Shown here: positions 9,501-19,096 of the stretch, one piece after another
How positions within the stretch are numbered: the stretch's first letter is position 1
Layout of the letters: every line of letters starts with the position of its first letter
NCBI GenBank assembly: GCA_965261085.1
Contig: OZ253442.1
Coordinates: 3,744,001-3,808,000, forward strand
DNA from: a bacterium
GTDB taxonomy: Bacteria; UBA8248
DNA: 64,000 bases
Reading direction: 5' to 3'
Position numbers and translations under genes: made by a program
The notes under the pieces: model-generated
Seen by the model: only the letters and a program-made list of their open reading frames with translations
Database searches by the model: none
What the model was told of the DNA's origin: nothing

Positions 9501-11721
9501 TATTGGCCTATACGAGAGCGAACTCAATATAACTGGTGAGCGCCAACTCTACGTCGGCGATGAGCACGTTTGGCGCTGGTACCGAGGCAACGCAGTTGGA
9601 CCGTATCCATGCTTCAGTGCGTTACAGGCTCTGGAGCGGGTGTGTGACCATCTGATCGACAACGGCGTTCTGATCGAAACCCTGCTCTCGATACTATTGG
9701 ATGACTGCGAAAACCTCGCGATGGTCGGGCTCATCGTCGGGCTCCTCGTGCGGCATCTTGAGGACGCGGATTATCTTCTTGACCCCTACTTCACAGAGCC
9801 GCTCATCTGGCGCCAAGAGTTCGCACGAGTCGCAAATGAGGTGAGCGGACTCGCGGCCAACTCCGAGGGGCTCGTGGCGCCAGAGCGCCGGAACTGGTCG
9901 CTCCGAAAGGCAGCCATGTTCATGGTCGTACATGCTAAAGGCGAACGCATCGCAGAGCTACGTGCGCTCGGCGAGACTCTCATTCTCAATGCAAGTCGTC
10001 TCGTCGAGCCAGCACAAGATCACGAGCCTACGGAGACGGAGCCTCGTGCAGGGGTCACGGAACATGAGCTAGTAATTCAGGCGCGTGCCTGGGCAAGCAG
10101 CCTAGACCGTGAAAGGTACCAGGCGCATGAGACGGAGGAGGGCTTCTATGTCGAGACAACTCCACCGGACGACGTCGTGAAGGTGCTGCAGGACAACAAT
10201 GAGGATATGGAACGCGCGAGGGAGGCGATACGGTTAGTTGCCCGCTATCACATCGAGCCCAGAAAGGGAGGGCACGAAGCCATCGGACGCGATGAGTTGG
10301 CAGCCGACATAGCTAGCTTGCAGAAACAGATTGAGAACCCACCGTCTCTGGGAGCCCATGATCTTTGGGATACGTCCGCCTTGGTTGCCGCGGCGGCGCT
10401 CGAAGCGCACCTCCTGGAAGGTGCCAGCCTCCCAGATGACGCGCTTTCCTTCGCCGCAGGGATCGTGCTTCAGTTTGGAGAGGGCGAGGCGGGGCCACGA
10501 CAGTACGAGTTCGAAGACACATTCTATGAACAGGGCGCCGACCGCAGCGCGGCGCGGACCCTCCCCTTGCTGCTTTTGCCCGTTGCCGCGCAACTTCGCG
10601 CCGTGGTCGACAAAAAAGACGGATCGACGACCTTCGAGCGAGCCGTTCGTGCCGGCGTCAACCTTGCGCGAGCTGTGGCGTACGAAGTACGGCTTCACCT
10701 TGCACGTGGCTTGGATCATGTCTGGAAGACGCCGTGTGTGGAGGAAGGGCGCTGTCACCACGATCTGGGATGCCGAATAGCCGTCGAAACGATGCGCTCC
10801 TGCGTACTCGGCACCAGGGATCTCGAAACCGGACGACGCAGCGTCCTAACACTCAAGGAACCTGTCACCGAGTCGCTTGCCAGCACTACTGGCGACTCAA
10901 TCCGGGTGTCCCAGCTCGACGCAGCCATACGAGCACTCGCACCGGCAGCCATGGCCAATATCTGCGTGTCCTCGCAGGCCCGGGACCTCCTGTTGACTCT
11001 CCTTGCCGCTCAGCGGCGGTCTCTGCTCAACTGCGAGCACCGCGACCAGGATTCTCGGGGGTCGCACACTCTCGTGAGCGCACGAGCCCTACTGACGCTG
11101 GCCAGAAATGCCAACGATGCGGCCATCTACGAACACATCGATGCCTACGCCGACAACTCGGCGTTGCTCGCCAACTTGCTCGGTGCTTTGTCTTCAGCGG
11201 CGGAAGAAACACCAGACCGGGCAGCTACGGCGAGACGAATCTGGCCGAACGTAGTTCGCCACGTGCTTCAACTCAATCAGTCGGGACACAAGCCGTTTGC
11301 CGAAGCAAACTACGGTGAGATGGCACTTGCCGCCCTCATCCCCAATACCACCGGCGAGCTCCCCTACCTCTACCGCGAAGTCGATGACAACCCGATCGTA
11401 TGGTGGGATCCTTTGGAGTTGGTATCCGAGGTCGACGCGTGGCTGGCACCCGCAGCGGGCAATGCGACGTGTATCGATCGGCTGATATGGTTTGTCCGCG
11501 CGCTTGGACCTGACGACCAAGTTCGTGTGGGGCTGCCATGGGTGGCAAAACTCGTAGTAGCCGACCCCGTCCGCATCGCCCGAGGCACGTACATGCTGCC
11601 AACCTGGCTGATCGAGATGCGATCTGTCGCTGTCGATGCCGGGCTCTTGGCCAGTTGGCAGCAAGTGGTCGATGTCTTGGTTGTCGCAGGCGTAGCACAA
11701 CTCGCACCCTATTCGGATTAG
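6508..11721 (+). CDS. Large (1737 aa) STAND/AAA P-loop NTPase with nuclease-like N-terminus and long helical C-terminus; NLR/Avs-like defence candidate
   Basis: Walker A GESGVGKS, Walker B LVVDGAD; N-terminal TGGGGVTFERKV...FQQ...VDDLVV motif. Confidence 0.75.
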   Translation: MSKDSPEDANRPEPSGTGIGAAPSQRGVSPYATGGGGVTFERKVAVLYLTHLLVGDNTTELGDGARIVSVAFQQAPDHPVDDLVVSAARPDELQPSLVLTLGVRRSPNLVVSDEPTRKLIRQFVRAVIDFPADGPERRLGLVVAGPQPHAEQLAKLAHLAAVQMDAPGFFKLVQTPGKFDAALRGRLVQLQKLVESALHELDVVESDTALVKKRTWQLLSKLTVTMPRLESPDETDWSGVVNSLMQVARNSDLTTASRLRDRLVALASNYSPKAARADLTMLRRDSHALLDTTARRHQDGWQTLDSIHRRTCESVRAEITSSDGDRSVCLDRSAAAMELVKIVSGAEAVVVSGESGVGKSALAVLGLNDAVDTKPGDLQALCINLRQIPCLAITFEEMLAHPLLTLLSELSAPQRMLVVDGADAVTEDKYDVFRYLVDAAQDIGVKVVAVTSTDSKQVVLDVLSERFDTGVAEYEVPPLGDSEIDEIVGTFSELERLNANPRSRELLRRLIVVDLLVRGQISGTPLTDADAMNEVWSGLVRRREMSDRGFPDARETALLQLAKLELGEGERLDVINVIDPAALDGLRRDGLLRTSPEAPHMIGPEFAHDEVRRYVVARLLLASDNPASRLFQTGAPRWSLAAARLACQAWLGRPDTFTMPLKGRFAALQASFDALGADHGSRWGDVPGEALLTLARPEALLRDAWPELLADDGAGLRRLARLVDQRLRDENGVVDVIAVEPIIALLLETPSTWRSGKHTEGIFRGWLRGHVIANTAVGHPLRILLRQRLVESCAAGDRRLAEQREAAATARAARTPEEIDHERQFVERHGVLLTEIGYGGRYPRQRPEVPREIKDEVVLEFLALLGPDLGDDGEAILTRVAKDAPSWLAPAVDEFFTGRALASGRRGLLAELTEAYYLDDEVEVGEFDIHQDGVRSHRARSFGLPLAAWDRGPFLPLFQSDFRNGVGVLNRLLNHAARIRSRTLADLDQAQKPPQSDTIGLYESELNITGERQLYVGDEHVWRWYRGNAVGPYPCFSALQALERVCDHLIDNGVLIETLLSILLDDCENLAMVGLIVGLLVRHLEDADYLLDPYFTEPLIWRQEFARVANEVSGLAANSEGLVAPERRNWSLRKAAMFMVVHAKGERIAELRALGETLILNASRLVEPAQDHEPTETEPRAGVTEHELVIQARAWASSLDRERYQAHETEEGFYVETTPPDDVVKVLQDNNEDMERAREAIRLVARYHIEPRKGGHEAIGRDELAADIASLQKQIENPPSLGAHDLWDTSALVAAAALEAHLLEGASLPDDALSFAAGIVLQFGEGEAGPRQYEFEDTFYEQGADRSAARTLPLLLLPVAAQLRAVVDKKDGSTTFERAVRAGVNLARAVAYEVRLHLARGLDHVWKTPCVEEGRCHHDLGCRIAVETMRSCVLGTRDLETGRRSVLTLKEPVTESLASTTGDSIRVSQLDAAIRALAPAAMANICVSSQARDLLLTLLAAQRRSLLNCEHRDQDSRGSHTLVSARALLTLARNANDAAIYEHIDAYADNSALLANLLGALSSAAEETPDRAATARRIWPNVVRHVLQLNQSGHKPFAEANYGEMALAALIPNTTGELPYLYREVDDNPIVWWDPLELVSEVDAWLAPAAGNATCIDRLIWFVRALGPDDQVRVGLPWVAKLVVADPVRIARGTYMLPTWLIEMRSVAVDAGLLASWQQVVDVLVVAGVAQLAPYSD

Positions 11722-11999
11722 TCCCGTCAAAGATTGGATTTGCCCCGCTCTCATGGACGGTTAGGAACAGGGGGGTCTGTTCAGAAGATTCATTCTCAAA
11801 TTGATATACACTTTCCATTGAATTGATTGGCGATTCGCGACATTTCCGTCATGGAGGAAAAGTCGCTTGAGGCCCACAAAACAAGTTGAAATTTGTGCTG
11901 TCCACTTTTTTTCATGCGCTATATCTTGTGGATGATGGATACACATGACACATTTTCGGGGTCGGATTCGATGCCGGGCCCGGCGACCGGGACACTGCT

Positions 12000-12126
12000 T
12001 CAAGGGATATTGTCCTTGCCTCGGCAAGAACGTGCAACACTTTTGGCGGTGCTGAAACTGCGCAATGTCGAGGCGTTCAAAGCCCGCCGTGCCTACGCAT
12101 TGCTTCTTCTGGATAACAGCCAGTGA
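12000..12126 (+). pseudogene. IS630-like transposase N-terminal remnant
   Basis: ERATLLAVLK...KARRAYALLLLD resembles the IS630 'ARRANAILLLD' motif. Confidence 0.4.
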
Positions 12127-12156
12127 GGTTGTTAAAGAACAGGTTGTCGGAGCGGG

Positions 12157-12201
12157 CGCGTCGCGGAGAGCATCACGGGCGACATCCTGGGCGAAAGCTG
12201 A
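12157..12201 (+). pseudogene. Short integrase C-terminal remnant
   Basis: RVAESITGDILGES* resembles RVSDSIAADIL. Confidence 0.5.
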
Positions 12202-12405
12202 TGGATCAAAAGCTGGCCGATGTAGGAGGGATTGCCGACTGGGAAGGAACGAGAAGTATCCGAAGGCCTCATCGCCTTCCAGCGGACGGACATGACCGAC
12301 AACCTCGTCGCAGCCCGTTTTTTCCGGATGAACGTTATTGGACGGCCATGTTAGGTCGATTTACTGATCGTTATCGTCTCTTCAACGTCCGCTTAAGTGC
12401 AAAAG

Positions 12406-13125
12406 TCACGGGGGAAATGCCGCGCACAATTCCTTCTCGAATCTTTTTGCTTCTGTCAAACAACTTGATAGAGTCGGCCACATCTGCTCAATTTGTGTTT
12501 TCCTTTTCTCATACTCTCTTACGTTTTTACTAAACCGCTTTTGCACAGGCAAGGCTGCTAGTTGGCGTCCCGGACTAGAGTGGCACTCCCAATCGCCTCT
12601 AAGAATCACGGGATTGTTGCGCCAGACTGCCGCAACTACCCAAGCTTCCATATTCTTCGAAGGTGTGCACAAAACAACTCGTGACGGACAGTGCTTCTCA
12701 CCAAGCCATCTGAGAATCACTTCCCTAAGCGCATTGGTGGTCGCTTGTGGCGGTGGACAGGGCTTTTCGCAAGGCAAATCATTGGCGCCCGGATCTGCGA
12801 TGTTCCCGCTCTGGTATGTTTTGCCCGCCACATCTGCGTCCAAATGCACTACTAAAATATCATGATTAGAGAGCACCGAAGAACCGGAGATGCAGCCCTC
12901 CCCCTCCGAGACCGATTGGCGAATCCATTTGTAAACCCCAACCCATCCAGCACCTGTGCCGCCGAACGACCCAGAACTAAGGGCGATCGACTCGTCCGGT
13001 TGTAACCTATGAAATTCGAAATCAGCATCTGACAACAGCGCACTTAGTATAGCCTTGATCACGATAGTGTCGGTTGGTCCCTCAACGGCTGCGGCGATGC
13101 GTATCGGCTTAGACATCGGGAACAC
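12406..13125 (-). CDS. TOPRIM-fold (DUF4276/RloB-like) putative nuclease partner of the ABC-ATPase
   Basis: VEGPTD glutamate motif, HLDAD DxD motif, PSKNMEAW; overlaps the upstream ATPase gene. Confidence 0.7.
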   Translation of the reverse strand: MFPMSKPIRIAAAVEGPTDTIVIKAILSALLSDADFEFHRLQPDESIALSSGSFGGTGAGWVGVYKWIRQSVSEGEGCISGSSVLSNHDILVVHLDADVAGKTYQSGNIADPGANDLPCEKPCPPPQATTNALREVILRWLGEKHCPSRVVLCTPSKNMEAWVVAAVWRNNPVILRGDWECHSSPGRQLAALPVQKRFSKNVREYEKRKTQIEQMWPTLSSCLTEAKRFEKELCAAFPP

Positions 13126-14308
13126 CTCCCAGGTGTCCCATTACCCACAATCGGGACAGCGACCAACCATTCTTTGCTTTCTCCAACATTTCCTTATCTA
13201 CGGTCACCCGACGAACGCTCGTGCGACCGGAATTTGTCCGGGACACGGTGAACAATCGCACATCGTCATTCTGCAACGGCAGCCCGTCCAAAACCAATGG
13301 GTTATGAGTTGTCAGCAAAATTTGACGTTGCTTACCCGCCTCAAGATACCATTGACAGAGGCGTTTCATCAAAGAACGAGCCAATCTGGGATTCAATCCG
13401 TGATCCGCGTTGTCCACGGCGCAAAGATCGGGACTCCTTTCATGCACCGCTAGGACCGCGAGAAACAAAACATATAGGGCGCCTTCGGAAGCGTCATAGC
13501 CAGTTAGACTATTTCGATCCTTCCCCATGAATCGGTCGCGAAATCGAACCACCGACTTCGACGCAGAAGCGGTTGACGATAGCGACAAGTTAGCGGTACG
13601 ACTCCAGCCAAAACTCTCAGCCCAATCAACAAGCTCTAAGACCTCGCGACATACCCGCTTGCTGTGCTGATCCTGCCTACGTTGTTTGAGTATATCCAAA
13701 ATAGCTCGCGGTAGCCCTCCTCCAGATAAACCGACTGGTTGTTTTGGTTGCATTTCTGGAGCTACACCGCGCAGGACAGCAGTTGTTGGTGAAAATATGA
13801 CGTAGTTTTGTAGGAGCTTCAACAAATGTAATGCGGATCCAGTTGAGACTTCAACCGCTTTCAACGCGGCTAACCCCCGTTCGGGATTAGTGCTTCTTGC
13901 CATGGCAGGTGAACGTCCAACTAGCTTTTGATCTTGGTATTCCCATAACTCTGTCTTGTATCTCCATGCAGGAGCTGGGTTTTTTAGTGGGTTGTGCAAG
14001 GACACTTCATATTTTCCGTGCTCCCCAGATGCTCCGAAATATAGGTGAGGGGGTATTTTCTTCCCGCCTTTAGAGGGAAAGGCAGTTTTGTATAATGCAG
14101 GAACGCCGGGACGGACACCGCGGGCAAGTAGGGTCTGATCGTCCACCTTGCCATCCGCCGCTGAGGAGAGAATGCCCAGAGCTTCGAGTAAATTGCTTTT
14201 TCCACTGCCATTGGCACCGATAAAGACATTGACTAGCCCGAGATCTACGGTGACGTCTTCTAGGGACTTGAATGTTCTAATGGTTAGAGTTTCTAGCATT
14301 TGATGCAT
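13109..14308 (-). CDS. ABC-type (AAA_21/AAA_15) ATPase
   Basis: IRTFKSL, Walker A GANGSGKSN, signature SEGAL, variant Walker B AVDNADHGLNP, H-loop LTTHNP. Confidence 0.88.
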   Translation of the reverse strand: MHQMLETLTIRTFKSLEDVTVDLGLVNVFIGANGSGKSNLLEALGILSSAADGKVDDQTLLARGVRPGVPALYKTAFPSKGGKKIPPHLYFGASGEHGKYEVSLHNPLKNPAPAWRYKTELWEYQDQKLVGRSPAMARSTNPERGLAALKAVEVSTGSALHLLKLLQNYVIFSPTTAVLRGVAPEMQPKQPVGLSGGGLPRAILDILKQRRQDQHSKRVCREVLELVDWAESFGWSRTANLSLSSTASASKSVVRFRDRFMGKDRNSLTGYDASEGALYVLFLAVLAVHERSPDLCAVDNADHGLNPRLARSLMKRLCQWYLEAGKQRQILLTTHNPLVLDGLPLQNDDVRLFTVSRTNSGRTSVRRVTVDKEMLEKAKNGWSLSRLWVMGHLGGVPDV

Positions 14309-14338
14309 TCCTTATTGGTCGTATCATGCAATATACTG

Positions 14339-14660
14339 GCCCGAGCTATTGATAGCAGGGCTGATATTGAAACAGCAGGCGTGGCGTGATCTGTTGTCAT
14401 GATGTTGCAATTCGTTGTTGAATCGTCTTTCTCTCCGAGCATCGAAACGGCCACGCCCGTCACGACCAAAGATACCCTTCTTTTCTTCTATCTGCCACCC
14501 GAACGGCGCGAGAAGGTGAAAACCGCCTTCAATGGCGGCTTGGTTCTCGCTGACGTTGGCCGGGTCTTGTTGCGTGAAGCGAAACACCGCTTCAACCTGG
14601 CCAAAACGGTGGCCGGGTGCATTCGGGGCCGGTGCAACCCAGTAGTTGTCGTGCATAAAG
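14339..14660 (+). mobile_element. IS1380-family left end and degenerate transposase N-terminus
   Basis: DTLLFFYLP...KVKTAFNGGLVLADVGRVLLREAKHRFNLA resembles IS1380 'KKVTAAFDGGRISSDGGVLLL'. Confidence 0.65.
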
Positions 14661-14782
14661 TGAGTGTGCTCGCTCTAATTGGTGGCGATGCGATCAGGTT
14701 ATCTGAGGGCAATTTGGTTGAGAGCGAGGGTGTGAGGGTGTCGCATGGTCGGCACCGGGAACAGGGGTGGGAACACCTCCTA

Positions 14783-15080
14783 TTAGCAGGCAAGCCGCGA
14801 ATGGTTCTTGAGGAAGCCGAGGAGGTGCGGCGTCTTCCATTCGCCGCTGGCGGTCAGCACCCAGCGCTTGCTGTGATGGAAGTCGGAATGCCACAGTCCA
14901 TAGCTTCGCGAGACCTGGTAGGTCAGCATCTCACGAGGCTCGGCCGCCGGACCCTGCTCGTCATCGGCTCCCTTACGAAGGTACTGGCGCACCAGCCCGC
15001 GAGCGCGCATGACCCGGGTCAGGGTCGCATTGGAGGGCATCGGACCCAGAGCGGGGTGGGTACCCGAACTGCAGGTCCTG
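14783..15080 (-). pseudogene. DDE integrase-core transposase remnant
   Basis: GLWHSDFHHSKRWVLTASGEWKTPHLLGFLKNHSRLAC is an rve-core first-Asp region. Confidence 0.6.
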
Positions 15081-15162
15081 CTTAGCGGCTGAACCTCGTC
15101 GCCGGGCGAATCATCTCCAGACCGGGGCGATCTTGTTCTCCTGCAGGAACTGTTCTGCCGCC

Positions 15163-15972
15163 TCAGAACGCGTAGCGCAGGGAAAGCCGAAGCCCGTGGC
15201 TCGCAAGCTTCGCCCGCGTGTCGGCGAGGTCGAGCAACAAAGGCTCCCGGCTTCCGTCCCGCCAGATCACCCGGCCCGCGCCACGCCCGGTATGGACGGC
15301 GCCGAGGTCGGTATAGCGCCAGGCCAGATCGAGCGTCGCGCGCTCGCCCAGCGCCGTCGCGACCCCCGCCGTCAGCATCCAGGCGAAGCTGGTCCGGCTC
15401 CCGCCCGGCACGAGGGTCGTCGTCCCAGGAAAGGTCATGCGCGTTTCGCCGATCCGGGTGCGGACGGCGCCCAGGCCTGTCCCGATGAACGGCCTGAAGG
15501 GGCCGAACCCCGAGGGGGCCGCTCCGGGCAGGTCGACGTAGGCGGCCAGCATGCCGGAGATGGATGAGAGCTCCGCTCTCACCGACTGCAAGCGTTCCGG
15601 CTCCAGGAAATTCGCGCGGCCCCCGAAGGCGTAGCGCGGTCGGTAATCGACCATGACCTCGACCCGCACCGCGGGCGCGGCGGCGTAGCCGAGCCCGAGT
15701 TCAAGAGGAACCACCGTACCGAAATCGCCGGCCGAACGGTAGGGCGCGCCGTCGCCGCCAGTGCCGCAGCCGTACAGCGCCGCAGGGGAGGTACTCGAAC
15801 AGTCCACGTCCGTGAACCGGGTTCCGGCCGGCCGGTCGAGACCGATCCCGGCCCGCAGGTAGAAGCCGCCGGCCGCGATGGCCGGGGCGGCGTGGCAGAA
15901 CCCCGCCGGCGCTGCGAACCACAGTACGAGGGCGGCGAGGAGGGGCCCGGCTCGCGAGAGTAGGGAGGACAT
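15163..15972 (-). CDS. Outer-membrane beta-barrel protein (opacity/Ail-like)
   Basis: Signal-peptide-like MSSLLSRAGPLLAALVLWFAAPA; FYLRAGIG, PFIGTGLG, LDLAWRYTDLG strands; C-terminal LRYAF. Confidence 0.8.
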   Translation of the reverse strand: MSSLLSRAGPLLAALVLWFAAPAGFCHAAPAIAAGGFYLRAGIGLDRPAGTRFTDVDCSSTSPAALYGCGTGGDGAPYRSAGDFGTVVPLELGLGYAAAPAVRVEVMVDYRPRYAFGGRANFLEPERLQSVRAELSSISGMLAAYVDLPGAAPSGFGPFRPFIGTGLGAVRTRIGETRMTFPGTTTLVPGGSRTSFAWMLTAGVATALGERATLDLAWRYTDLGAVHTGRGAGRVIWRDGSREPLLLDLADTRAKLASHGLRLSLRYAF

Positions 15973-16419
15973 GTTCGGGCCGCGATGCCGCGCCCGTTTT
16001 CCGGTACCAGGAAAGATCGTCTTTCTCCCTACCCGCCGGACCTTGGAGTCCGTGAGGCCGTTGTCCCGCGCAGTGGCCCTTCGCTCGAATGGCCGGTCAG
16101 AGCGGATGTCATTCGCCGGGGTGCGCCGCAGGTACGCCGCACCGTGCGGCGTACCTGCGTTCCAGGCCCATTGAAATCGCGCCGATTCGAGCATGCCCGC
16201 ATGAAAACCGCAAGAACGATCCGCGTGCCGGTTCCGCCTTCGCAGCGGAACCAATCCGCAAACGGGCTTCGATGCGCTCCTGGCCGCATCCGGCGACGCA
16301 CCGTCGCGATGGGCCGCTTGGAGGCCGAGGCGGGTGGTGGCCGGGGGTGCGGGAGCCGGGACCGGAGAGGCCCGGCGGCGCCCGTGACCTCTTGAACCGC
16401 AATCCCGGAGGAACGACCC

Positions 16420-16761
16420 ATGACGAACCGCAATCCATCCGGTCTCACCCGGGCCCTCGTCCTGGCGGGACCCGCCCTCGCACTACTCGCCACGGTGTTC
16501 TGCCTCTTGACCGGGAACGGCGTCCGCTTCCTCCGTGACGTCTGGTTCGCTGCGGCCCTCTGGAGCTTCGTCACCGCGCTCGCGCACGTCCTGTGGCTGG
16601 GGTTCCGCCATGGGGACTGGTCCGCTTTCAATCGCCATGAACTCCCCGAAGGTGACGGCGAGCGGTTCGATTGGGCGACGAAGACCGGCCGCTACGCCTG
16701 GCGCCGCGACCTGGAAGAGCAGGAGCTTCACGGTCACGACCCGGGCGCCCCCTGCCCGTAG
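16420..16761 (+). CDS. Small membrane protein (two hydrophobic segments)
   Basis: GGAGG ribosome-binding site; two TM-like stretches; high GC3. Confidence 0.6.
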   Translation: MTNRNPSGLTRALVLAGPALALLATVFCLLTGNGVRFLRDVWFAAALWSFVTALAHVLWLGFRHGDWSAFNRHELPEGDGERFDWATKTGRYAWRRDLEEQELHGHDPGAPCP

Positions 16762-16924
16762 AAGACCGCCGTCCCGCCGAACGCAGACCTGCAAACAACT
16801 ACCCTGCCGTCTCCCCCGCCGCGCCCTGCACCCTAAAGAGGTCGAGCCTGGCCGGGAGGGGGGCGGCGGAAGGGCGTCCGGGAGGATGTCCGCTTCTTTC
16901 AAACACCCACCAGGAGGAGACGAC

Positions 16925-17239
16925 ATGATGCAGACACCCAGGCGCGAGGCACACACATTCCTCACCCACCTGTTCGGTAGCGGCCTCGAAGACGAGCGCT
17001 ACGCCGTCGAGCGGTTCCGCTCGATGGACGACGGCGACATCCTTCCCCTGCCCGCCGGGGGGCGGACGAAGAGCGGGTGCGGGGCGAAGCGCGCGACCGC
17101 CTCCCGGAGAGCCGTGCGGCAGATGCGGCCCGCGCGGGACGAGATCATCGTCTGCACGGCCCTGAACCTCAAGGCCTCGGGCGTGCAGTATTGGGGCGCT
17201 CAGGCGACGGGTCTTTTTGGCGAACGCAGGCAGCGCTGA
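16925..17239 (+). CDS. Hypothetical protein
   Basis: AGGAGGAG ribosome-binding site before ATG 16925; open frame of 104 aa. Confidence 0.5.
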   Translation: MMQTPRREAHTFLTHLFGSGLEDERYAVERFRSMDDGDILPLPAGGRTKSGCGAKRATASRRAVRQMRPARDEIIVCTALNLKASGVQYWGAQATGLFGERRQR

Positions 17240-17329
17240 GGTGAAGTCTCCACTACGGGGGACGTCCCGCCGGCCACGCGCCGGCCGGATGCCGTCTGTA
17301 TTCCAGCCACCGGAGGGAGGAGAACAAGC

Positions 17330-18145
17330 ATGCCCCATAAGGACCCCGGTAAGGCCCGCGCGTATGGGCGTGAGCGCCACCGCAAACGCGCCGCCGAACG
17401 CCTCACGCAGGGGCTGTGTCCCAAGTGCGGGAAGACCCCGCCCGCGGCCGGCCGCAAGGTGTGTGAGTCCTGCGGCGACAAGCGGCGGACCGCCGAACGC
17501 GCCCGCTACGCCAGGGGCAAGGCCGAAGGCAAGCCCTACGGCGGACGGAAGCCTGAGAGCCGCCGCCGGGCCGCGCGGGAGAGGAGCAAGCGGCGCCGAC
17601 ATGGACGCCGCGAGGCGGGCCTGTGCACGAGTTGTGGAGACACTCCTCCCGTAGAGGGCGGTGCCCTCTGTGAGACCTGCCGTGAAGCGCGGAGAGCGGA
17701 CGAGCGGGAACTCTACGCCGCGCGGAGAGCCGCCGGCCTGTGCGGGCGCTGCGGGGGGTCTGTCTTCGGGGGCGCCTCGCTCTGCGGCTCTTGCGCGGCC
17801 CTCGGGGACGGGCGCGACCAAAAGAGGCGTAACGCCGCCCGCCGGGGGCGTTACGCCAAAAGGCGAGCTCGATGCTTTTGCACCGACTGCGGAGAGCCCA
17901 CGCAGGGGACCGCGAGGTGTGAGCCCTGCGCATACCGTTCCTATGCCCGCTCAGGCGAGCACCGCGGCATGCCCCTCTACCCGCCGCGCTACACCGTGGT
18001 CGAACTCGCCACCGGCGAGGACCACGGGACATGGGACAGTTGGGAGGAGGTCGCCATGTGCCTCGCTTTCGCGAAGCTCTCGCGTGAGGAAGTCGAGGTG
18101 GTGACCGACGCATCCCCGATGACGACAATCACCGCCTGGGGGTGA
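17330..18145 (+). CDS. Basic protein with four repeated double-CxxC (zinc-ribbon) units
   Basis: GLCPKC/VCESC, GLCTSC/LCETC, GLCGRC/LCGSC, FCTDC/RCEPC separated by Arg-rich helices; GGAGGGAGGAG ribosome-binding site. Confidence 0.8.
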   Translation: MPHKDPGKARAYGRERHRKRAAERLTQGLCPKCGKTPPAAGRKVCESCGDKRRTAERARYARGKAEGKPYGGRKPESRRRAARERSKRRRHGRREAGLCTSCGDTPPVEGGALCETCREARRADERELYAARRAAGLCGRCGGSVFGGASLCGSCAALGDGRDQKRRNAARRGRYAKRRARCFCTDCGEPTQGTARCEPCAYRSYARSGEHRGMPLYPPRYTVVELATGEDHGTWDSWEEVAMCLAFAKLSREEVEVVTDASPMTTITAWG

Positions 18146-18260
18146 GCGCCGGCGGCCGCCCCTGCACGTGCCGCCGTCCCGGAGCCGTCCGGAACCAGTA
18201 TTGACGGGGCGGGGGGGGGGGGCGTCCCCACACGTGTAGCCGGCCCGCCGCCGGCCGGGC

Positions 18261-18635
18261 TCAAGCCCGCCGCGCGAGCCGCCACCCGACAATCCAGGCC
18301 GGGAGGCTGATCACGAGCGCCCAGGCGGCGATCGCGATCGGCCCGAGGAGTCCCGCCACCAGCGACCCCGCCACCGTGGCGGCGCCGAGACAGACCCCCG
18401 CCATCCAGGCGGTGCGGCGGTAACCCAGTCGCCAAAGACGCCGGCATCCCAGCGCCGGCGGCAGGCTGCACGGCGCGACCGGAGCCGGCGACCTCGCCCA
18501 CAAGAGCAGCATCGACTCCCAGGTCGCGGGGTCAGGCCGGAAGCGCAGGACCGCGAAGGTAACCAAGCCGGCCGGCAGCCATAAAAACGCCGGCGCCCGG
18601 AAGCCGCACAACTCCATAAGTCCCCGTTTGTCCAT
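18261..18635 (-). CDS. Small hydrophobic membrane protein
   Basis: Several hydrophobic stretches, e.g. AWMAGVCLGAATVAGSLVAGLLGPIAIAAWALVISLPAW. Confidence 0.55.
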   Translation of the reverse strand: MDKRGLMELCGFRAPAFLWLPAGLVTFAVLRFRPDPATWESMLLLWARSPAPVAPCSLPPALGCRRLWRLGYRRTAWMAGVCLGAATVAGSLVAGLLGPIAIAAWALVISLPAWIVGWRLARRA

Positions 18636-18871
18636 GCCCCATCCGACCCGAATCCCGAACCAGGCGCAAGCCCGGGCGGGACTCCGAACATCCCCGCCAT
18701 CGAGGACAACCGGGCGGTGGCCGCGCACGGTCCGCGAGCGGTACTCATCGGCCGTGAACCTGCCCGGGAGAGGTAGAGAGAAGCGGGGAGCCGGGCAAAT
18801 GCCCGGTAGGGAGAGGGAGACGGTCTCCCGGTCCCGACGCCGGGGACGACAACCCGAGAGGAGGCTGGACA

Positions 18872-19018
18872 ATGTATGAGAACGACTTCGACCCCGACAA
18901 CCTGACCGGTGACGAACTCCTCGCCGAGATCGGACTCGACGCGTACACGATCCGCAAGCTGCGCAGTGAGGCGCTCCCCACCGAGGCGGGAAGAGGAGAG
19001 GAGTTCAGTAGCGTATAG
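18872..19018 (+). CDS. Small acidic hypothetical protein (48 aa)
   Basis: GAGGAGG ribosome-binding site; MYENDFDPDNLTGDELLAEIGLDAYTIRKLRSE... Confidence 0.45.
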   Translation: MYENDFDPDNLTGDELLAEIGLDAYTIRKLRSEALPTEAGRGEEFSSV

Positions 19019-19096
19019 GGCGAACCGAGGGGCCGGGGAGAGAGGATTCCCGGTCCCATCAACTGTCATCCACGTCACACCACAAGGAGAATCACC

